DNA of 64,000 nucleotides from an uncultured Bacilli bacterium (GTDB lineage: Bacteria > Bacillota_I > Bacilli_A > RFN20 > CAG-826). The stretch is from NCBI GenBank assembly GCA_944358985.1, contig CALVSI010000003.1, positions 41,388 to 105,387 on the forward strand, given 5' to 3'. A model generated the notes under the pieces. The model did not search any database. It saw nothing but the letters and a program-made list of their open reading frames with translations, and was not told the origin of the DNA. This document shows, in pieces, positions 27,149 to 39,398 of this stretch (its first letter is position 1; every line of letters begins with the position of its first letter). A program made the translations under genes and the position numbers.

Positions 27149-30100
27149 ATGTCAAAACAAAACAATATTAGAGATATCAATTCATTGGCCCAATTAAATA
27201 ATGGCCGTGTTAATTATTCAAAAATTTCTGGTAGTCTTCCTTTACCTAATCTTGTTGAAATTCAAACAAAATCATATGAAGAATTTAAACAAAAAGGATT
27301 AGATGAAGTATTTAAAGAAATATTTCCTATCACTAACTACACTAATACATTAGAAATTAGTTATGTTAATGTCGAACTTGGAGAGCCCAAACATTCTTTT
27401 TTAGATTGTAAAGCTCGCGATTTGAATTATTGCGTTCCAATGCATGTTTCTTTACGCTTGCACCGTAAACAAAGCGGTTTAATTCAAGAATCTAAAATAT
27501 ATATGGGCGAGTTACCATTAATGACCAATTCTGGCACATTTATCATTAATGGTGCGGAAAGAGTAATTGTTTCACAATTAGTTCGTTCTCCTGGTGCATA
27601 TATGTCAAAAACCCGCGATGAAAAATCCGGTAAATTTATTTATGAAGCTGATTTGATTCCAGGTCGTGGAACTTGGTTAGAATTTGAAAGCGATCAAAAA
27701 GATATTTTAAATGTTCGTATTGATCGTCAACGTAAAATGAATGCTGGAACTTTCTTAAAAGCCATTGGTTTAGAAAAAGATGAAACTATTTTCTCATTGT
27801 TTGGCAAAAGGAAGAACTTAGTAGAGACATTAAAAAAGAATGTTGATATTACTGAAGATCCACAACTTAAAAAACTAAATTATTCTATTAGCGAATGTGC
27901 ATTAGTGGATATTTTTAGAAAATTAAAACCTGGTGAACCAGTTACAAAAGAAAGTATTGTTAATTTCTTAGTACAAAAATTCTTTGATGATAAGCGCTAC
28001 GACTTAGGGCGTGCTGGCCGTTATAAATTTAATATTAAATTAGGTGTTTATAATCGTTTAGTCAACGCTATATTGGCGGAAAACCTTATTTCTAGTGATG
28101 GTGAAGTTGTTTATAAAAAAGGTGATCGATTAACTGAAAGTGATGTCGACCATTTGCGCGATATTGAATTTTTTGAAAAAGGTGCGCACACTAAGACAAT
28201 TAAGGTTAATCAAAACCTTGATACTCATTCAACAGTAAACATTGTTAAAGTTTACACTGATGATAGTAAAGATACTGTTGCAAATATTATTGGTACAGAT
28301 TTAAATGAAACACTTTCACGCGTTACTATTTCTGATATGATTGCTACCTTCTCATATTTTATGAATATTCAAGATGGTATTGGCACATTTGATGATATTG
28401 ATCATTTAGGAAACAGACGTGTTAGATGTGTTGGTGAATTGATTCAAAATCAATTTAGAGTTGGCCTTTCTAAAATGGCTAAATCTGTCCAACAAAAAAT
28501 GTCTACTACGAATGTTGAAGAAGCAACTTTAAAGAAGTTAATCAATATTCGTCCTTTGACCTCTTCAATTAGAGAATTCTTTGCTCAAAGTCAACTTTCT
28601 CAATTTATGGATCAAGTTAATCCTTTAGCAGAGTTAACAAATAAAAGACGTCTATCTGCATTAGGTCCTGGTGGTTTAACTAGAGATCGTGCATCAAGTG
28701 AGGTTCGTGACGTTCACTTCTCACATTATGGACGTATTTGCCCAATTGAGACTCCAGAAGGTCAAAACATTGGTTTAATTAATAACTTAGCAACTTACGC
28801 TAAAGTTAATCCATATGGATTTATTGAAACACCATATCGTCGTGTTGAACATCGCGATGGTAAGGCTTTCGTATTAGATGGTGTTGAAAATACTGATTAT
28901 TTAGACGCAATGAGTGAATTTGAATTAGTTATCGCCGAAGCAAATATTAATTTGTCTAGCGATGGCGAAATTCTTGATGATGAAGTTATTGCTCGTTATA
29001 GAGGAGAAAACATTGTCGCAAATAAAAATGATGTCGATTATGTTGACGTTTCTCCAAAACAAATTGTTTCTATTGCAGCAGCATGTATTCCTTTCTTAGA
29101 AAACGATGATACTACACGTGCATTGATGGGTGCAAACATGCAACGTCAAGCTCTTCCATTATTAAGACCACACGCTCCATTTGTTGGAACTGGTATGGAA
29201 AATCAAATTGCTCATGACTCCGGATTAGCGGTTATTGCTAGCAATGATGGGGAAGTAGTGTATAACGATTCTTGTTCAATTAAAGTCAAAGAAGGAGACA
29301 AGGTTCGTACATATCAACTACAAAAATTTGAACCATCAAACCAAGGAACATGTATTAATCAACACTCAATTGTCAAATTAGGTGATAAAGTTAAAAAAGG
29401 ACAAATTATTGCTGATGGACCAGCAATGCAAAATGGCGATTTAGCATTAGGGCAAAACGTCACCATCGCCTTTATGACATGGAATGGATATAACTACGAA
29501 GACGCGGTTATTATGTCTGAAAGACTCGTTAAAGATGATACATATACTTCAATACATATTGAAGAACATCAAATTGAGTGCCGCGAAACAAAATTAGGTG
29601 ATGAAGAAATTACTCGTGATATTCCTAACGTCGGAGAAGACGCTAAAGCTTATTTAGACGAAAGAGGAATAATTATTCCAGGTGCAGAAGTTAAAGAAGG
29701 AGATATCCTTGTTGGTAAAGTCACACCAAAAGGACAAACCGAACCAACACCAGAAGAAAAATTATTAATGGCTATTTTCTCTGACAAAACAAAAGAAGGA
29801 AAAGATGCTTCTTTACGTGTTCCACATGGTGGAAGCGGTATTGTTTTGGATGTCAAAGTTTTCAAACGTAGTGAAGGAGCGGAATTAGCACCTGGTGTTA
29901 ACGAAGTTGTAAGAGTCTATATCGTTCAAAAACGTAAAATATCTGAAGGTGATAAGATGTCAGGAAGACATGGTAATAAAGGTGTTATTTCTCGTATCTT
30001 GCCTGAAGAAGATATGCCATTTTTACCTGATGGTACACCAATCGATATTATGTTAAATCCTCTTGGTGTTCCTTCTCGTATGAATATTGGTCAAATTTTA

Positions 30101-30772
30101 GAAGTCCATTTAGGTATGGCCTTAAAGAAATTAGGCTATAAAATTGCAACACCAGTTTTTGATGGTATTACAAATGAAGAAATATTTGATTTAATGAATA
30201 AAGCCAAAATGGATCCAGATGGCAAGACAGTCTTATATGATGGCCGTACAGGTGAACGTTTTGATGAAAGAATTACTGTCGGTGTCATGTATATGATTAA
30301 ACTTGTCCACATGGTTGATGATAAGTTGCACGCTCGTGCGACAGGTCCATATTCACTAGTCACACAACAACCATTAGGAGGTAAAGCTCAAAATGGTGGA
30401 CAAAGATTTGGTGAAATGGAAGTCTGGGCTTTGGAAGCTTATGGTGCTGCTCACATTTTACAAGAAATTTTAACAATTAAATCTGATGATCGTGTTGGAA
30501 GAAGAAAAACTTATGAAGCGATTATTCGTGGTAGACAAATACCAAAACCAGGCATTCCAGAAGCCTTTAAGGTTTTAGTCAAAGAATTGCAAGCCTTATC
30601 TTTAGATGTACGTTTGCTAGATGGTGAAGGTTATAACATCGATATGGATGAACTTGCAAAAGATGCTGAAAAAGAAGAAAGAAAATCAGATGCATATTTA
30701 AGACAAACTACTGACCAAACTGAAGTAGATGTTGAAGATTCATCGTTTACTCTTGATTCTTCAAATAATTAA
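27149..30772 (+). CDS. rpoB: DNA-directed RNA polymerase subunit beta
   Basis: 1207 aa with hallmark blocks ([61 protein letters not shown]). Confidence 0.98.
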   Translation: MSKQNNIRDINSLAQLNNGRVNYSKISGSLPLPNLVEIQTKSYEEFKQKGLDEVFKEIFPITNYTNTLEISYVNVELGEPKHSFLDCKARDLNYCVPMHVSLRLHRKQSGLIQESKIYMGELPLMTNSGTFIINGAERVIVSQLVRSPGAYMSKTRDEKSGKFIYEADLIPGRGTWLEFESDQKDILNVRIDRQRKMNAGTFLKAIGLEKDETIFSLFGKRKNLVETLKKNVDITEDPQLKKLNYSISECALVDIFRKLKPGEPVTKESIVNFLVQKFFDDKRYDLGRAGRYKFNIKLGVYNRLVNAILAENLISSDGEVVYKKGDRLTESDVDHLRDIEFFEKGAHTKTIKVNQNLDTHSTVNIVKVYTDDSKDTVANIIGTDLNETLSRVTISDMIATFSYFMNIQDGIGTFDDIDHLGNRRVRCVGELIQNQFRVGLSKMAKSVQQKMSTTNVEEATLKKLINIRPLTSSIREFFAQSQLSQFMDQVNPLAELTNKRRLSALGPGGLTRDRASSEVRDVHFSHYGRICPIETPEGQNIGLINNLATYAKVNPYGFIETPYRRVEHRDGKAFVLDGVENTDYLDAMSEFELVIAEANINLSSDGEILDDEVIARYRGENIVANKNDVDYVDVSPKQIVSIAAACIPFLENDDTTRALMGANMQRQALPLLRPHAPFVGTGMENQIAHDSGLAVIASNDGEVVYNDSCSIKVKEGDKVRTYQLQKFEPSNQGTCINQHSIVKLGDKVKKGQIIADGPAMQNGDLALGQNVTIAFMTWNGYNYEDAVIMSERLVKDDTYTSIHIEEHQIECRETKLGDEEITRDIPNVGEDAKAYLDERGIIIPGAEVKEGDILVGKVTPKGQTEPTPEEKLLMAIFSDKTKEGKDASLRVPHGGSGIVLDVKVFKRSEGAELAPGVNEVVRVYIVQKRKISEGDKMSGRHGNKGVISRILPEEDMPFLPDGTPIDIMLNPLGVPSRMNIGQILEVHLGMALKKLGYKIATPVFDGITNEEIFDLMNKAKMDPDGKTVLYDGRTGERFDERITVGVMYMIKLVHMVDDKLHARATGPYSLVTQQPLGGKAQNGGQRFGEMEVWALEAYGAAHILQEILTIKSDDRVGRRKTYEAIIRGRQIPKPGIPEAFKVLVKELQALSLDVRLLDGEGYNIDMDELAKDAEKEERKSDAYLRQTTDQTEVDVEDSSFTLDSSNN

Positions 30773-30789
30773 AGGAGGGAAAATAAGAT

Positions 30790-33700
30790 ATGTTTGATGT
30801 CAAAAAATTAAGCGCGATTAAAATTGGCTTAGCCTCTCCAGAAGCAATTCGTAGTTGGTCACACGGTGAAGTCACTAGACCAGAAACTATTAATTATCGT
30901 AGCCAAAAACCAGAAATGGCAGGATTGTACTGCGAAAAGATTTTTGGTCCTAGCAAAGATTATGAATGCCACTGCGGAAAATACAAAAAAATTCGTTATG
31001 CTGGTATTGTATGTGAAAAATGTGGTGTAGAAGTTACCACTAAAGAAGTTAGACGTGAAAGAATGGGTCATATTGAACTAGCTTCTCCATGTACTCATAT
31101 TTGGTATTTAAAAGGCATTCCTTCTCGCATTGGATTAATTTTAGATGTTTCACCAAAACATCTTGAAGAAGTTGTTTATTTTGCAGCACACATTGTTTTA
31201 GAACCAGGTATGTCTAGCAAATTATCGGTTGGCGAATTCATCGATGAAAAAAATGGACGTGAAGTCTTTATTCCTGTTTTAAAAGAAATTTTAGAAAATG
31301 ATGAATGGGGATTAAAAGGCAAAAACGAAAGTTATGATTATCAAAGATGTGTTGAATTAATTGATCGTTTGAGCAACCGTAATGAAGTGTTTGATTTTGA
31401 AACTACTTCTAAATTTGTTGCCAATCATACAATTGATCCAAAAACAGGCAATGGTGCTGTATTTAGTGAAGGTGCAGAAGCAATTAAAAAATTATTGCAA
31501 GCTGTTGATTTAAATAAAGAAAGCGAATCGATTAAAGCTCGTTTAAAAGATGCAACTGAACAAAATAGAGCAAAATTAATTAAACGTTTAGAAGTTATTG
31601 AAGATTTTAGAAAGTCTAATAATAAACCTGAATGGATGATATTAGATGTTATTCCTGTCATTCCACCAGATTTAAGACCAATGCTTCAATTAGATGGCGG
31701 ACGTTTTGCTACTTCTGATTTAAATGACTTATATAGAAGAGTTATTTCACGAAATAATCGTTTGAAAAAACTTATTGATATGAGTGCTCCTCAAGTCATT
31801 TTGATGAACGAAAAACGTATGTTACAAGAAGCAGTGGATGCTTTAATTGATAATGGCCGTCGTAATAAGCCAGTTCAAGGAACAGGTGGTAGACCATTAA
31901 AATCTTTATCATCGACATTAAAAGGAAAACAAGGCCGTTTTAGACAAAATCTTTTAGGTAAACGTGTTGACTATTCTGGTCGTAGCGTTATCGCGGTTGG
32001 ACCATCATTAAAAATGTATCAATGTGGTTTACCAAGAGAAATGGCTATTCAATTATTAAGACCATTCATTGCTTGTGAATTATTAAAAAGAGGGTACGCT
32101 ACCGCTCATAAACAAGCTGATCGCATCATCGATCGTTATGATAATGTTGTCTTTGATATTATCGAAGAAATTATTTCCTTCCACCCAGTATTGTTAAATA
32201 GAGCACCTACTCTTCACAGATTAGGTATTCAAGCTTTCCAACCAATACTTGTTGATGGACGTGCAATTCGTTTGCACCCATTAGTGTGTACAGGATTTAA
32301 CGCTGACTTTGATGGCGACCAGATGGCGGTTCACGTTCCACTTTCTAAAGCCGCTCAAGAAGAAGCTTTAGATTTGATGTTAGCAAGTAATAATATATTA
32401 GGTCCAAAAGATGGAAAACCAATTGTTACTCCATCTCAAGACATGGTTTTAGGTAATTATTATTTAACATTAGAAGAAACAAAAGAAGATTTCTTAAAAA
32501 CTGCAGAAATTTTAAGAAGTCACAATGATATTGAAGAAGCTGAAAAATATGAATTATACGCTGCTAGTGAAGGAAAACTATTCAAAACAGTTAACGATGT
32601 TATTAAAGCGTACAATTTAAAACAAATTCATTTGCATAATCGTATTGCAATTGTTGGTTCAGCTTTATTAAAAGAAGATTTTGATGATTATATGAATTCA
32701 TCATATCTATTAACAAGTGTTGGTAAAGTTATTTTCAATTTAATTTTCCCAGCCGATTTCCCATATTTAAATTTGGTTAATGATGCTAATTTGCATGGTG
32801 ATAAAGAATATATGAAAAAATTCTTTGTCCCGCGCGGTAGCAATGTTAAAGAAGAAATCAAAAAGATGCCTATTCATAAACCATTTAAAAAGAAAGATTT
32901 AGGCACGATTATTAATGAAATCTTTATTAGATATGGAACAACAAAAACAAGTGCAGTCTTAGATAAATTAAAAGACCAAGGATTTACTTACGCAACTTAT
33001 GCTGGTATTACTGTCTCTTTAGCAGATATCTCTATCGTTGAAGGAAAAGAAGAAATGATCGCTAAGGGTGATGAAAAAGTCCGTCAAATCAATGAATTAT
33101 TTGAAAATGGTTTATTAACTGATTCTGAAAGACATAAACACGTTGTCGATGTTTGGAATAATGTTTTAGATCAAGTTAAACAAAAATTAACCAAACAATT
33201 CGAAGAAGATGATAAAAACCCATTATTCATGATGTCCGATAGCGGTGCTCGTGGTAATATTTCTAACTTCGTCCAACTAGCCGGTATGAGAGGTCTTATG
33301 GGTAATACATCAGGTGAAACTATCGAATTACCTGTTAAATCTTGTTTCCGTGAAGGTATGTCTGTGGCGGAATTCTTTATTGCAACACATGGTGCACGTA
33401 AAGGTGGTGCTGATACTGCATTAAAAACCGCTGACTCAGGATATTTGACAAGACGTTTGGTTGACGTTAGCCATGATGTTATCGTCAGAGAAGAAGATTG
33501 CCATACCGATCATGGATTTGAAGTTAGCGAAATTATAGATTCAGCTAGAAACGCTGTTATTGTCAAATTATATGATCGTCTTGTTGGTCGTTATGCCTTA
33601 AATGATATTGTTAATCCTCAAACTGGAGAAGTTATTGTTAAAGGTAATACAATGATTGATGAAGAACACGCTCAACAAATTATTGATGCTGGTATAACTC

Positions 33701-34743
33701 ATGTTAAAATTCGTTCATTATTTGGTTGTGAAACTAAAAATGGTGTTTGTGCACATTGTTACGGACGTAACTTAGCAACTGGTGATGAAGTTAAAGTTGG
33801 TGAAGCTGTCGGTGTTATGGCTGCTCAATCCATCGGTGAACCTGGTACTCAATTAACAATGAGAACCTTCCATACTGGTGGTGTTGCTGGTAGCGATATT
33901 ACTCAAGGTTTACCACGTGTTCAAGAATTGTTTGAAGCACGTAATCCTAAAGGTGAAGCCACAATTAGTGAAATTTCTGGTACTGTCAAAGAAATTAGTG
34001 AAGAAAATGGCCGCTATAAAGTCGTTGTCGAAAATGAATTAGAATCAAAAGAATATCTTACTAATTATGGTGCTAGATTAAGAGTTAAAAAAGGCGATTC
34101 AATTAAAAATGGTGGAAAGATTACCGAAGGTGCTATTTCTCCAAAGAAATTAATCGAAGTAAGCGATATTACTACTGTTGAAAAATATATCTTAAAAGAA
34201 GTTCAAAAAGTATATTCTTTACAAGGTATTTCAATTTCAGACAAACACATCGAAGTAATTATCCGTCAAATGTTAAGCAAAGGACATGTTATTGATTCAG
34301 GTGATACAAACTTATTAAGTGGTGTCAATATTGATATAACTTCTATTACCGAAGCTAATCGCCGTGCTTTATTAGAAGGAAAACGCCCAGCTGTATTTTA
34401 TCCAACTATATTTGGTATTAGAAAAATTGCTCTTGAAAGTGGTTCATTCCTTTCGGCAGCGTCATTCCAAGAAACTACTCGTGTTTTAACTGATGCTGCA
34501 ATAAAAGGAAAAGTAGACCACTTGCATGGCTTAAAAGAAAATGTAATTACTGGAAAACTTATTCCAGCCGGAAGAGGCTTGTTAAGTGAAGAACAAGAAG
34601 ACGCAATTTTAAAAGATTTCAGTGTCGATAAAGCCATGGCAAAAGTTAAAGATCAATACATTGAAGCACATGATCGTGCCATTCAAGAAATGGATAATAA
34701 ACTAGCTAAGAAAAAGCAAGAACAAGAAGAAAGCAGTTTATAA
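30790..34743 (+). CDS. rpoC: DNA-directed RNA polymerase subunit beta-prime
   Basis: 1317 aa. Contains the zinc-binding [16 protein letters not shown], the catalytic [14 protein letters not shown], and trigger-loop and bridge-helix blocks. Confidence 0.98.
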   Translation: MFDVKKLSAIKIGLASPEAIRSWSHGEVTRPETINYRSQKPEMAGLYCEKIFGPSKDYECHCGKYKKIRYAGIVCEKCGVEVTTKEVRRERMGHIELASPCTHIWYLKGIPSRIGLILDVSPKHLEEVVYFAAHIVLEPGMSSKLSVGEFIDEKNGREVFIPVLKEILENDEWGLKGKNESYDYQRCVELIDRLSNRNEVFDFETTSKFVANHTIDPKTGNGAVFSEGAEAIKKLLQAVDLNKESESIKARLKDATEQNRAKLIKRLEVIEDFRKSNNKPEWMILDVIPVIPPDLRPMLQLDGGRFATSDLNDLYRRVISRNNRLKKLIDMSAPQVILMNEKRMLQEAVDALIDNGRRNKPVQGTGGRPLKSLSSTLKGKQGRFRQNLLGKRVDYSGRSVIAVGPSLKMYQCGLPREMAIQLLRPFIACELLKRGYATAHKQADRIIDRYDNVVFDIIEEIISFHPVLLNRAPTLHRLGIQAFQPILVDGRAIRLHPLVCTGFNADFDGDQMAVHVPLSKAAQEEALDLMLASNNILGPKDGKPIVTPSQDMVLGNYYLTLEETKEDFLKTAEILRSHNDIEEAEKYELYAASEGKLFKTVNDVIKAYNLKQIHLHNRIAIVGSALLKEDFDDYMNSSYLLTSVGKVIFNLIFPADFPYLNLVNDANLHGDKEYMKKFFVPRGSNVKEEIKKMPIHKPFKKKDLGTIINEIFIRYGTTKTSAVLDKLKDQGFTYATYAGITVSLADISIVEGKEEMIAKGDEKVRQINELFENGLLTDSERHKHVVDVWNNVLDQVKQKLTKQFEEDDKNPLFMMSDSGARGNISNFVQLAGMRGLMGNTSGETIELPVKSCFREGMSVAEFFIATHGARKGGADTALKTADSGYLTRRLVDVSHDVIVREEDCHTDHGFEVSEIIDSARNAVIVKLYDRLVGRYALNDIVNPQTGEVIVKGNTMIDEEHAQQIIDAGITHVKIRSLFGCETKNGVCAHCYGRNLATGDEVKVGEAVGVMAAQSIGEPGTQLTMRTFHTGGVAGSDITQGLPRVQELFEARNPKGEATISEISGTVKEISEENGRYKVVVENELESKEYLTNYGARLRVKKGDSIKNGGKITEGAISPKKLIEVSDITTVEKYILKEVQKVYSLQGISISDKHIEVIIRQMLSKGHVIDSGDTNLLSGVNIDITSITEANRRALLEGKRPAVFYPTIFGIRKIALESGSFLSAASFQETTRVLTDAAIKGKVDHLHGLKENVITGKLIPAGRGLLSEEQEDAILKDFSVDKAMAKVKDQYIEAHDRAIQEMDNKLAKKKQEQEESSL

Positions 34744-34770
34744 TTCCTGATCAATAAATAATAATTTTAA

Positions 34771-34815
34771 AAAAGCTGTTCATTTTAAAATAATCGCGTG
34801 AACAGCTTTTTATTT
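34771..34815 (+). terminator. Rho-independent terminator after rpoC
   Basis: AAAAGCTGTTCA (34771-34782) pairs with TGAACAGCTTTT (34799-34810) around a 16-nt loop, followed by a T-run. Confidence 0.75.
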
Positions 34816-34935
34816 TAACAAATCAAAAAATATCTATATTTTGTAAAAAAAGACAAAAAAAGTTTAGTTTTGCATAAAATTAAGTATTTTTTATGAATTT
34901 TATTTTTCCATAAATTTGTTTAAAAAATACTTTTG

Positions 34936-34964
34936 TTGACAAATATTTTAAAATGCATTACACT
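34936..34964 (+). promoter_or_regulatory. Candidate promoter for the first M6-like protease gene
   Basis: TTGACA (34936-34941), a 17-nt spacer, then TACACT (34959-34964), about 60 nt upstream of the ATG at 35027. Confidence 0.55.
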
Positions 34965-35026
34965 TTTTGCATTAATTACATCTTCAATAAATTGAAGAAC
35001 AATTAATTGAAAAGGAGGCAATAAAT

Positions 35027-36670
35027 ATGAAAACTAGAAGTTTAAGTTTATTTGGATTATTTGCAGTTGCAGCGTTAGCCTTAACAGCTTGTGATCCCAA
35101 TCCAGGTGTTTCAAGCACTAGCGAAGAAACCTGGGATAATTATTTTATATTAAACGGCAGTGACGCTAATGACGATTTTAATGAATTAAGAACTGCATAT
35201 GTCTACGATACTGAAGCTAATCAATCTGGTGATGTTAGAGTGTTAGTAGTGCCAGTTGAATTTTCCAATTTCAAAGCTGATGATTTACCATTAGGAAGAG
35301 AAGGTACAAAAGAAGCTATTGAAACAGTTTTATTCGGTGGTGATTCTTCAAAAGATGATCAAGTTATGTGGGAAACATTAACATCATTTTATGAAAAATC
35401 CAGTTATGGTAAATGTAAAATTACTGGCGAAGTCATGGATTGGTGGACTTTAGACATGAATACTTTAGAATTTGCCAACAACTATGGTGTGTCAAACTTA
35501 GTAAACGCTGTCAATGACTATTATCGTACTGGTGAAGGAAGCGAAATTATTGATGTCAATGATTTTGACGCTGACGACGATGGTTATATCGATTTAACAT
35601 TCTTTGTTTATTCTTGTCCTGAAAAAACAAATGGTAATGAAGATGTTTTCTGGGCATATACTACTCAACGTTCTAATTTTAACCCTGATTTAACTGTTGC
35701 AAATATTTCACGTTATATTTGGGCTTCATATAATTTCATGTACGAAGGTGGATATTATGACGATAATGATAATTTCCATTCTTGGACAAATGCTCAAAAA
35801 ACAAGTGGAGAAGCAACTTTAGATGGTCATACTTATATTCATGAAGCTGGTCATGGTTTAGGTTTAGCGGACTATTATTCATACGATTATAATGGCGACG
35901 CACCGATGGGTGGTGCTGATATGATGGACAATAACGTTGGTGATAACAACGCTTATTCTAAAACTTTGATGGGTTGGATTGATCCAATGGTAGTTACTGG
36001 AAATACTCGTATTACTTTAAGAAGTTTCGAATTATATGGTGACGCTATTATCGTTCCAATTCGTGCAGTTCAAGAAAATGATTATGAAGAAGCTGTCAGA
36101 TTAGCAGGGGACAATGCTGCTGATGTTAAATTTGGTGAAGATTTTACAATCTTAAGTGAATACTTAATTATTCAATTTGATACACCTGATGGCTTAGCTT
36201 ACGCTGATGGTTTACACAAATACAGAAATGCTTATCCATTGTTTTATAACACCAATGGTGTAAGAATTATCCATTCTGATTCTCGTATCGGTGTTTTCAG
36301 TCTTCAAGATGGTTCATTTGCTCAATATGTTGAAACTCCACATTTAAATGCTTCAGCATCTGAATCTTATTACACTGATTTTGCTCATGATAATACCAAA
36401 ACAAGAACTGTTAACAATAACAGATTATTACAATTAATTACCCCTCTTAATGGCGGTACTGCTAATTTGGATATCGTTCATAATGAAGCCTTATGGCAAG
36501 AAGGACAATCTCTTATTAATTGGCAAATGAACACTAATGTTGAGGGTTCTTTAACAAATGAACGCTATACATTAGGCTATGATATTTCAATTGTTGAAAT
36601 TGATGATGAAAACAAAACTTGTACAATTGAAATAACCATTCATGAAGACGCAACAACTCCTGCAGCTTAA
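35027..36670 (+). CDS. Lipoprotein, M6 (immune inhibitor A-like) zinc metalloprotease family
   Basis: 547 aa with an AAGGAGG SD. Lipobox is LALTAC and the tether is DPNPGVSSTSEE. M6-type N-terminal blocks are VRVLVVPVEFSNF and LTSFYEKSSYGK. The zinc motif is HEAGHGLGLADYY. Confidence 0.75.
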   Translation: MKTRSLSLFGLFAVAALALTACDPNPGVSSTSEETWDNYFILNGSDANDDFNELRTAYVYDTEANQSGDVRVLVVPVEFSNFKADDLPLGREGTKEAIETVLFGGDSSKDDQVMWETLTSFYEKSSYGKCKITGEVMDWWTLDMNTLEFANNYGVSNLVNAVNDYYRTGEGSEIIDVNDFDADDDGYIDLTFFVYSCPEKTNGNEDVFWAYTTQRSNFNPDLTVANISRYIWASYNFMYEGGYYDDNDNFHSWTNAQKTSGEATLDGHTYIHEAGHGLGLADYYSYDYNGDAPMGGADMMDNNVGDNNAYSKTLMGWIDPMVVTGNTRITLRSFELYGDAIIVPIRAVQENDYEEAVRLAGDNAADVKFGEDFTILSEYLIIQFDTPDGLAYADGLHKYRNAYPLFYNTNGVRIIHSDSRIGVFSLQDGSFAQYVETPHLNASASESYYTDFAHDNTKTRTVNNNRLLQLITPLNGGTANLDIVHNEALWQEGQSLINWQMNTNVEGSLTNERYTLGYDISIVEIDDENKTCTIEITIHEDATTPAA

Positions 36671-36676
36671 TTAGAT

Positions 36677-36721
36677 AGGCATTATATAAATAAAGGTGTA
36701 ACGAAAGTTATGCCTTTTTTC
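36677..36721 (+). terminator. Possible terminator after the first protease gene
   Basis: AGGCAT (36677-36682) pairs with ATGCCT (36710-36715). The loop is large and holds an inner TAAC/GTTA hairpin. TTTTTT follows. Confidence 0.4.
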
Positions 36722-36748
36722 TTATAAATTGATAAAATATTTATTGAT

Positions 36749-38311
36749 ATGAAACTTAAAAATTTTTTTGCTTTATTTATATTATTGTTAACTTTATCCG
36801 CTTGTAATTATGTCGATATAAGTTTTATACCATTCACAGACTTTATCGAGCCAAGTCAAACAAAGCACAATTATCAAAGTGTTGAACTTTTAAATGACTA
36901 TCCAGATCCAACTTCTAAAAAAAATGAAATTGAGAATTTGTCTGATTTAGTTGCATCCACTAATAACGGAAGAACATATAAAACGGTCCAGACAACTGGC
37001 GATATAAACATTTTAGTTATTCCAATAAGTTTCCAAGATTCAAATAAAACTAATTTAGATGATAAAAAGATTTTCATTGAAAATGCTTTTTTTGGTGATA
37101 CGAGTAAAAATGTAAACGAATCACTTACTTCTTTTTATAACAAATCCAGTTATGGACATTTAAAAATACAAGGAAAGGTGAGTGATTTCTTTCATGCAGA
37201 CATTTTTGCTAATTCCTTACTTTCGGAATATGGTTCTAATTTAAATGCTTCTCGCATGGTTTTGGATTTAGCTATTAATTGGTATAAAGAAACTTATGAT
37301 GATATTGAAACTTTTGATAATGATAAGGACGGATATATTGATTGTGTTTACTTAATTTATGATTATAAACTAGGCAATAGCAATTCATTATTTTGGGGAT
37401 ACACTGATCGAATTGATCCTCTTGAAAAAGTAAATAATGTCGTTATTAATGATGAAGAGCCTTATGCTTCAACATATATTTGGGCTTCTTATGATTTTAT
37501 TAAACCCGCTAGTAATAACTTAGTGGATAGCCATGTTATTATTCATGAATTTGGTCACGCTCTAGGATTAGATGATTTTTACAATAACACGGATTATCAA
37601 CCTCTTGGTTTTAGTGATATGATGGATTGCAATTTAGGTGACCACAATGCATATTCTAAAATGGCATTTAATTGGACAGCGCCAATTATAATTAAAGATA
37701 GCACTACAATCGACTTACAACTATTTCAAGATACTGGTCAATGTATACTTATTCCAACTTCTGCTGGTTATAATAATTCAATATTTGATGAATTTTTACT
37801 TTTAGAATTTTATTCTCCAACTGGAATAAATTATAAAGATACTTTATTGGATTATGAATATTACAATAGTAATAATAATTTCAATAAAGTCTCCTTATTT
37901 TCTCAATATGGAATTAAGTTATATCATGTTGACGCTAGGGCAGCGTATGTTAGAAATAAAGGTCTTGGAAATATTATAACTATTTTAAGTGATTCAAATT
38001 CAAAGAACAAAATGGACGAATATAAAAAGCAATGTGAAGACAACGGGGAATATTTTACTTATTGCTTAGATTTTGCTTTTTCTAATAGAAATATTAATCA
38101 TCCATTTATTTCACTTATAGAAGCAGGTGGTAAAAATACTTTCAAAGAAGGAAATAAAATAACTAACGCAACCTTATTTCAAAAAGGTGATAGTTTTGGT
38201 TATGACACATATTCAGATTTTAAGTTTTATAACGGGGATGATTTAACATATAAATTTTCTATTGTTGATATGACTAGCAAAGTCGCAACAATAAAATTTG
38301 AAAAAAATTAA
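36749..38311 (+). CDS. Lipoprotein, second diverged M6-like zinc metalloprotease paralog
   Basis: 520 aa. Lipobox is LTLSAC. Blocks are INILVIPISFQDS, LTSFYNKSSYGH and the zinc motif HEFGHALGLDDFY. It is noticeably more AT-rich than its neighbour (hand count 27% against 37% on sample lines). No SD is visible. Confidence 0.7.
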   Translation: MKLKNFFALFILLLTLSACNYVDISFIPFTDFIEPSQTKHNYQSVELLNDYPDPTSKKNEIENLSDLVASTNNGRTYKTVQTTGDINILVIPISFQDSNKTNLDDKKIFIENAFFGDTSKNVNESLTSFYNKSSYGHLKIQGKVSDFFHADIFANSLLSEYGSNLNASRMVLDLAINWYKETYDDIETFDNDKDGYIDCVYLIYDYKLGNSNSLFWGYTDRIDPLEKVNNVVINDEEPYASTYIWASYDFIKPASNNLVDSHVIIHEFGHALGLDDFYNNTDYQPLGFSDMMDCNLGDHNAYSKMAFNWTAPIIIKDSTTIDLQLFQDTGQCILIPTSAGYNNSIFDEFLLLEFYSPTGINYKDTLLDYEYYNSNNNFNKVSLFSQYGIKLYHVDARAAYVRNKGLGNIITILSDSNSKNKMDEYKKQCEDNGEYFTYCLDFAFSNRNINHPFISLIEAGGKNTFKEGNKITNATLFQKGDSFGYDTYSDFKFYNGDDLTYKFSIVDMTSKVATIKFEKN

Positions 38312-38318
38312 AAAAATA

Positions 38319-38347
38319 TTGCAATAATTTTTCACCTTATATATATT
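38319..38347 (+). promoter_or_regulatory. Candidate promoter for rpsL-rpsG-fusA(-tuf)
   Basis: TTGCAA (38319-38324), a 17-nt spacer, then TATATT (38342-38347). The leader of about 100 nt contains the hairpin GCCTAAaatcTTAGGC. Confidence 0.45.
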
Positions 38348-38450
38348 ATAAGAGCGCCTAAAATCTTAGGCTTTGTGACCGAAAGGTTATTTTTTAAAGG
38401 GCAAAATGATACGCCCGGATACGTTGCAGTTAAATTGAAAGGAGAAAAAT

Positions 38451-38870
38451 ATGCCAACAATTAATCAGTTAGTTCGTCAAGGCAGAACCCAATCAGTCAA
38501 AAAATCCAAATCACCTGCACTTGGTAAAAGATGGAATACTTTAAAAAGCAAATCCACTAACCAAAATGCTTCACAAAAACGTGGAGTTTGCACCCGTGTT
38601 GGAACAATGACACCTAAAAAACCAAACTCTGCTTTGCGTAAATACGCTCGTGTTCGTTTGTCTAATGGATATGAAGTTACCGCTTACATTGGTGGAGAAG
38701 GGCACAACTTACAAGAGCACTCAACTGTTATGATTCGTGGAGGACGTGTTAAAGATTTACCTGGTGTTCGTTATCACATTATTCGTGGAACATTAGATTG
38801 CGCAGGTATTGAAGCACGTCGTCAAGGTCGTAGCCAATATGGAACTAAAAAACCAAAAGGCAATGACTAA
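38451..38870 (+). CDS. rpsL: 30S ribosomal protein S12
   Basis: 139 aa. Contains [11 protein letters not shown].. and [18 protein letters not shown]. Confidence 0.97.
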   Translation: MPTINQLVRQGRTQSVKKSKSPALGKRWNTLKSKSTNQNASQKRGVCTRVGTMTPKKPNSALRKYARVRLSNGYEVTAYIGGEGHNLQEHSTVMIRGGRVKDLPGVRYHIIRGTLDCAGIEARRQGRSQYGTKKPKGND

Positions 38871-38915
38871 TTAATATATCAAAACAAAAAATAAATTATT
38901 AAGGAGGAAATAAAT

Positions 38916-39386
38916 ATGCCACGTAAGGGAGGTGTGGTAAGAAGAGATGTCTTACCAGATCCAATTTATAGTTCAAAATTGGTTACACGTTTGATCAATA
39001 AAATTATGCTAGATGGTAAAAAAGGCACTGCTGAAAAAATTTTATATAGTGCTTTTAATAAAGTCGAAGCAAAAACTGGCAAACCAGCAATGGATGTATT
39101 TGCCACTGCTATGAATAACATTATGCCAGAAGTCGAATTAAAATTACGTCGTATTGGTGCTGGTAACTATCAAGTACCAATTGAAGTTAATCCAGATCGT
39201 AAAGTCACACTAGGTCTTAGATGGCTCGTTAATTATTCGCGTTTAAGAGGCGAAAAATCAATGGAAGATCGTCTTGCTGGTGAAATAATTGATGCTGCTA
39301 ACGGTACAGGAGCTTCTGTTAAGAAGAAAGAAGATACTCATCGTATGGCTGAAGCTAATAAAGCCTATGCACATTATCGTTGGTAA
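38916..39386 (+). CDS. rpsG: 30S ribosomal protein S7
   Basis: 156 aa. Contains [17 protein letters not shown].. and ..NKAYAHYRW. Confidence 0.97.
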   Translation: MPRKGGVVRRDVLPDPIYSSKLVTRLINKIMLDGKKGTAEKILYSAFNKVEAKTGKPAMDVFATAMNNIMPEVELKLRRIGAGNYQVPIEVNPDRKVTLGLRWLVNYSRLRGEKSMEDRLAGEIIDAANGTGASVKKKEDTHRMAEANKAYAHYRW

Positions 39387-39398
39387 TAGGTGGATGCT

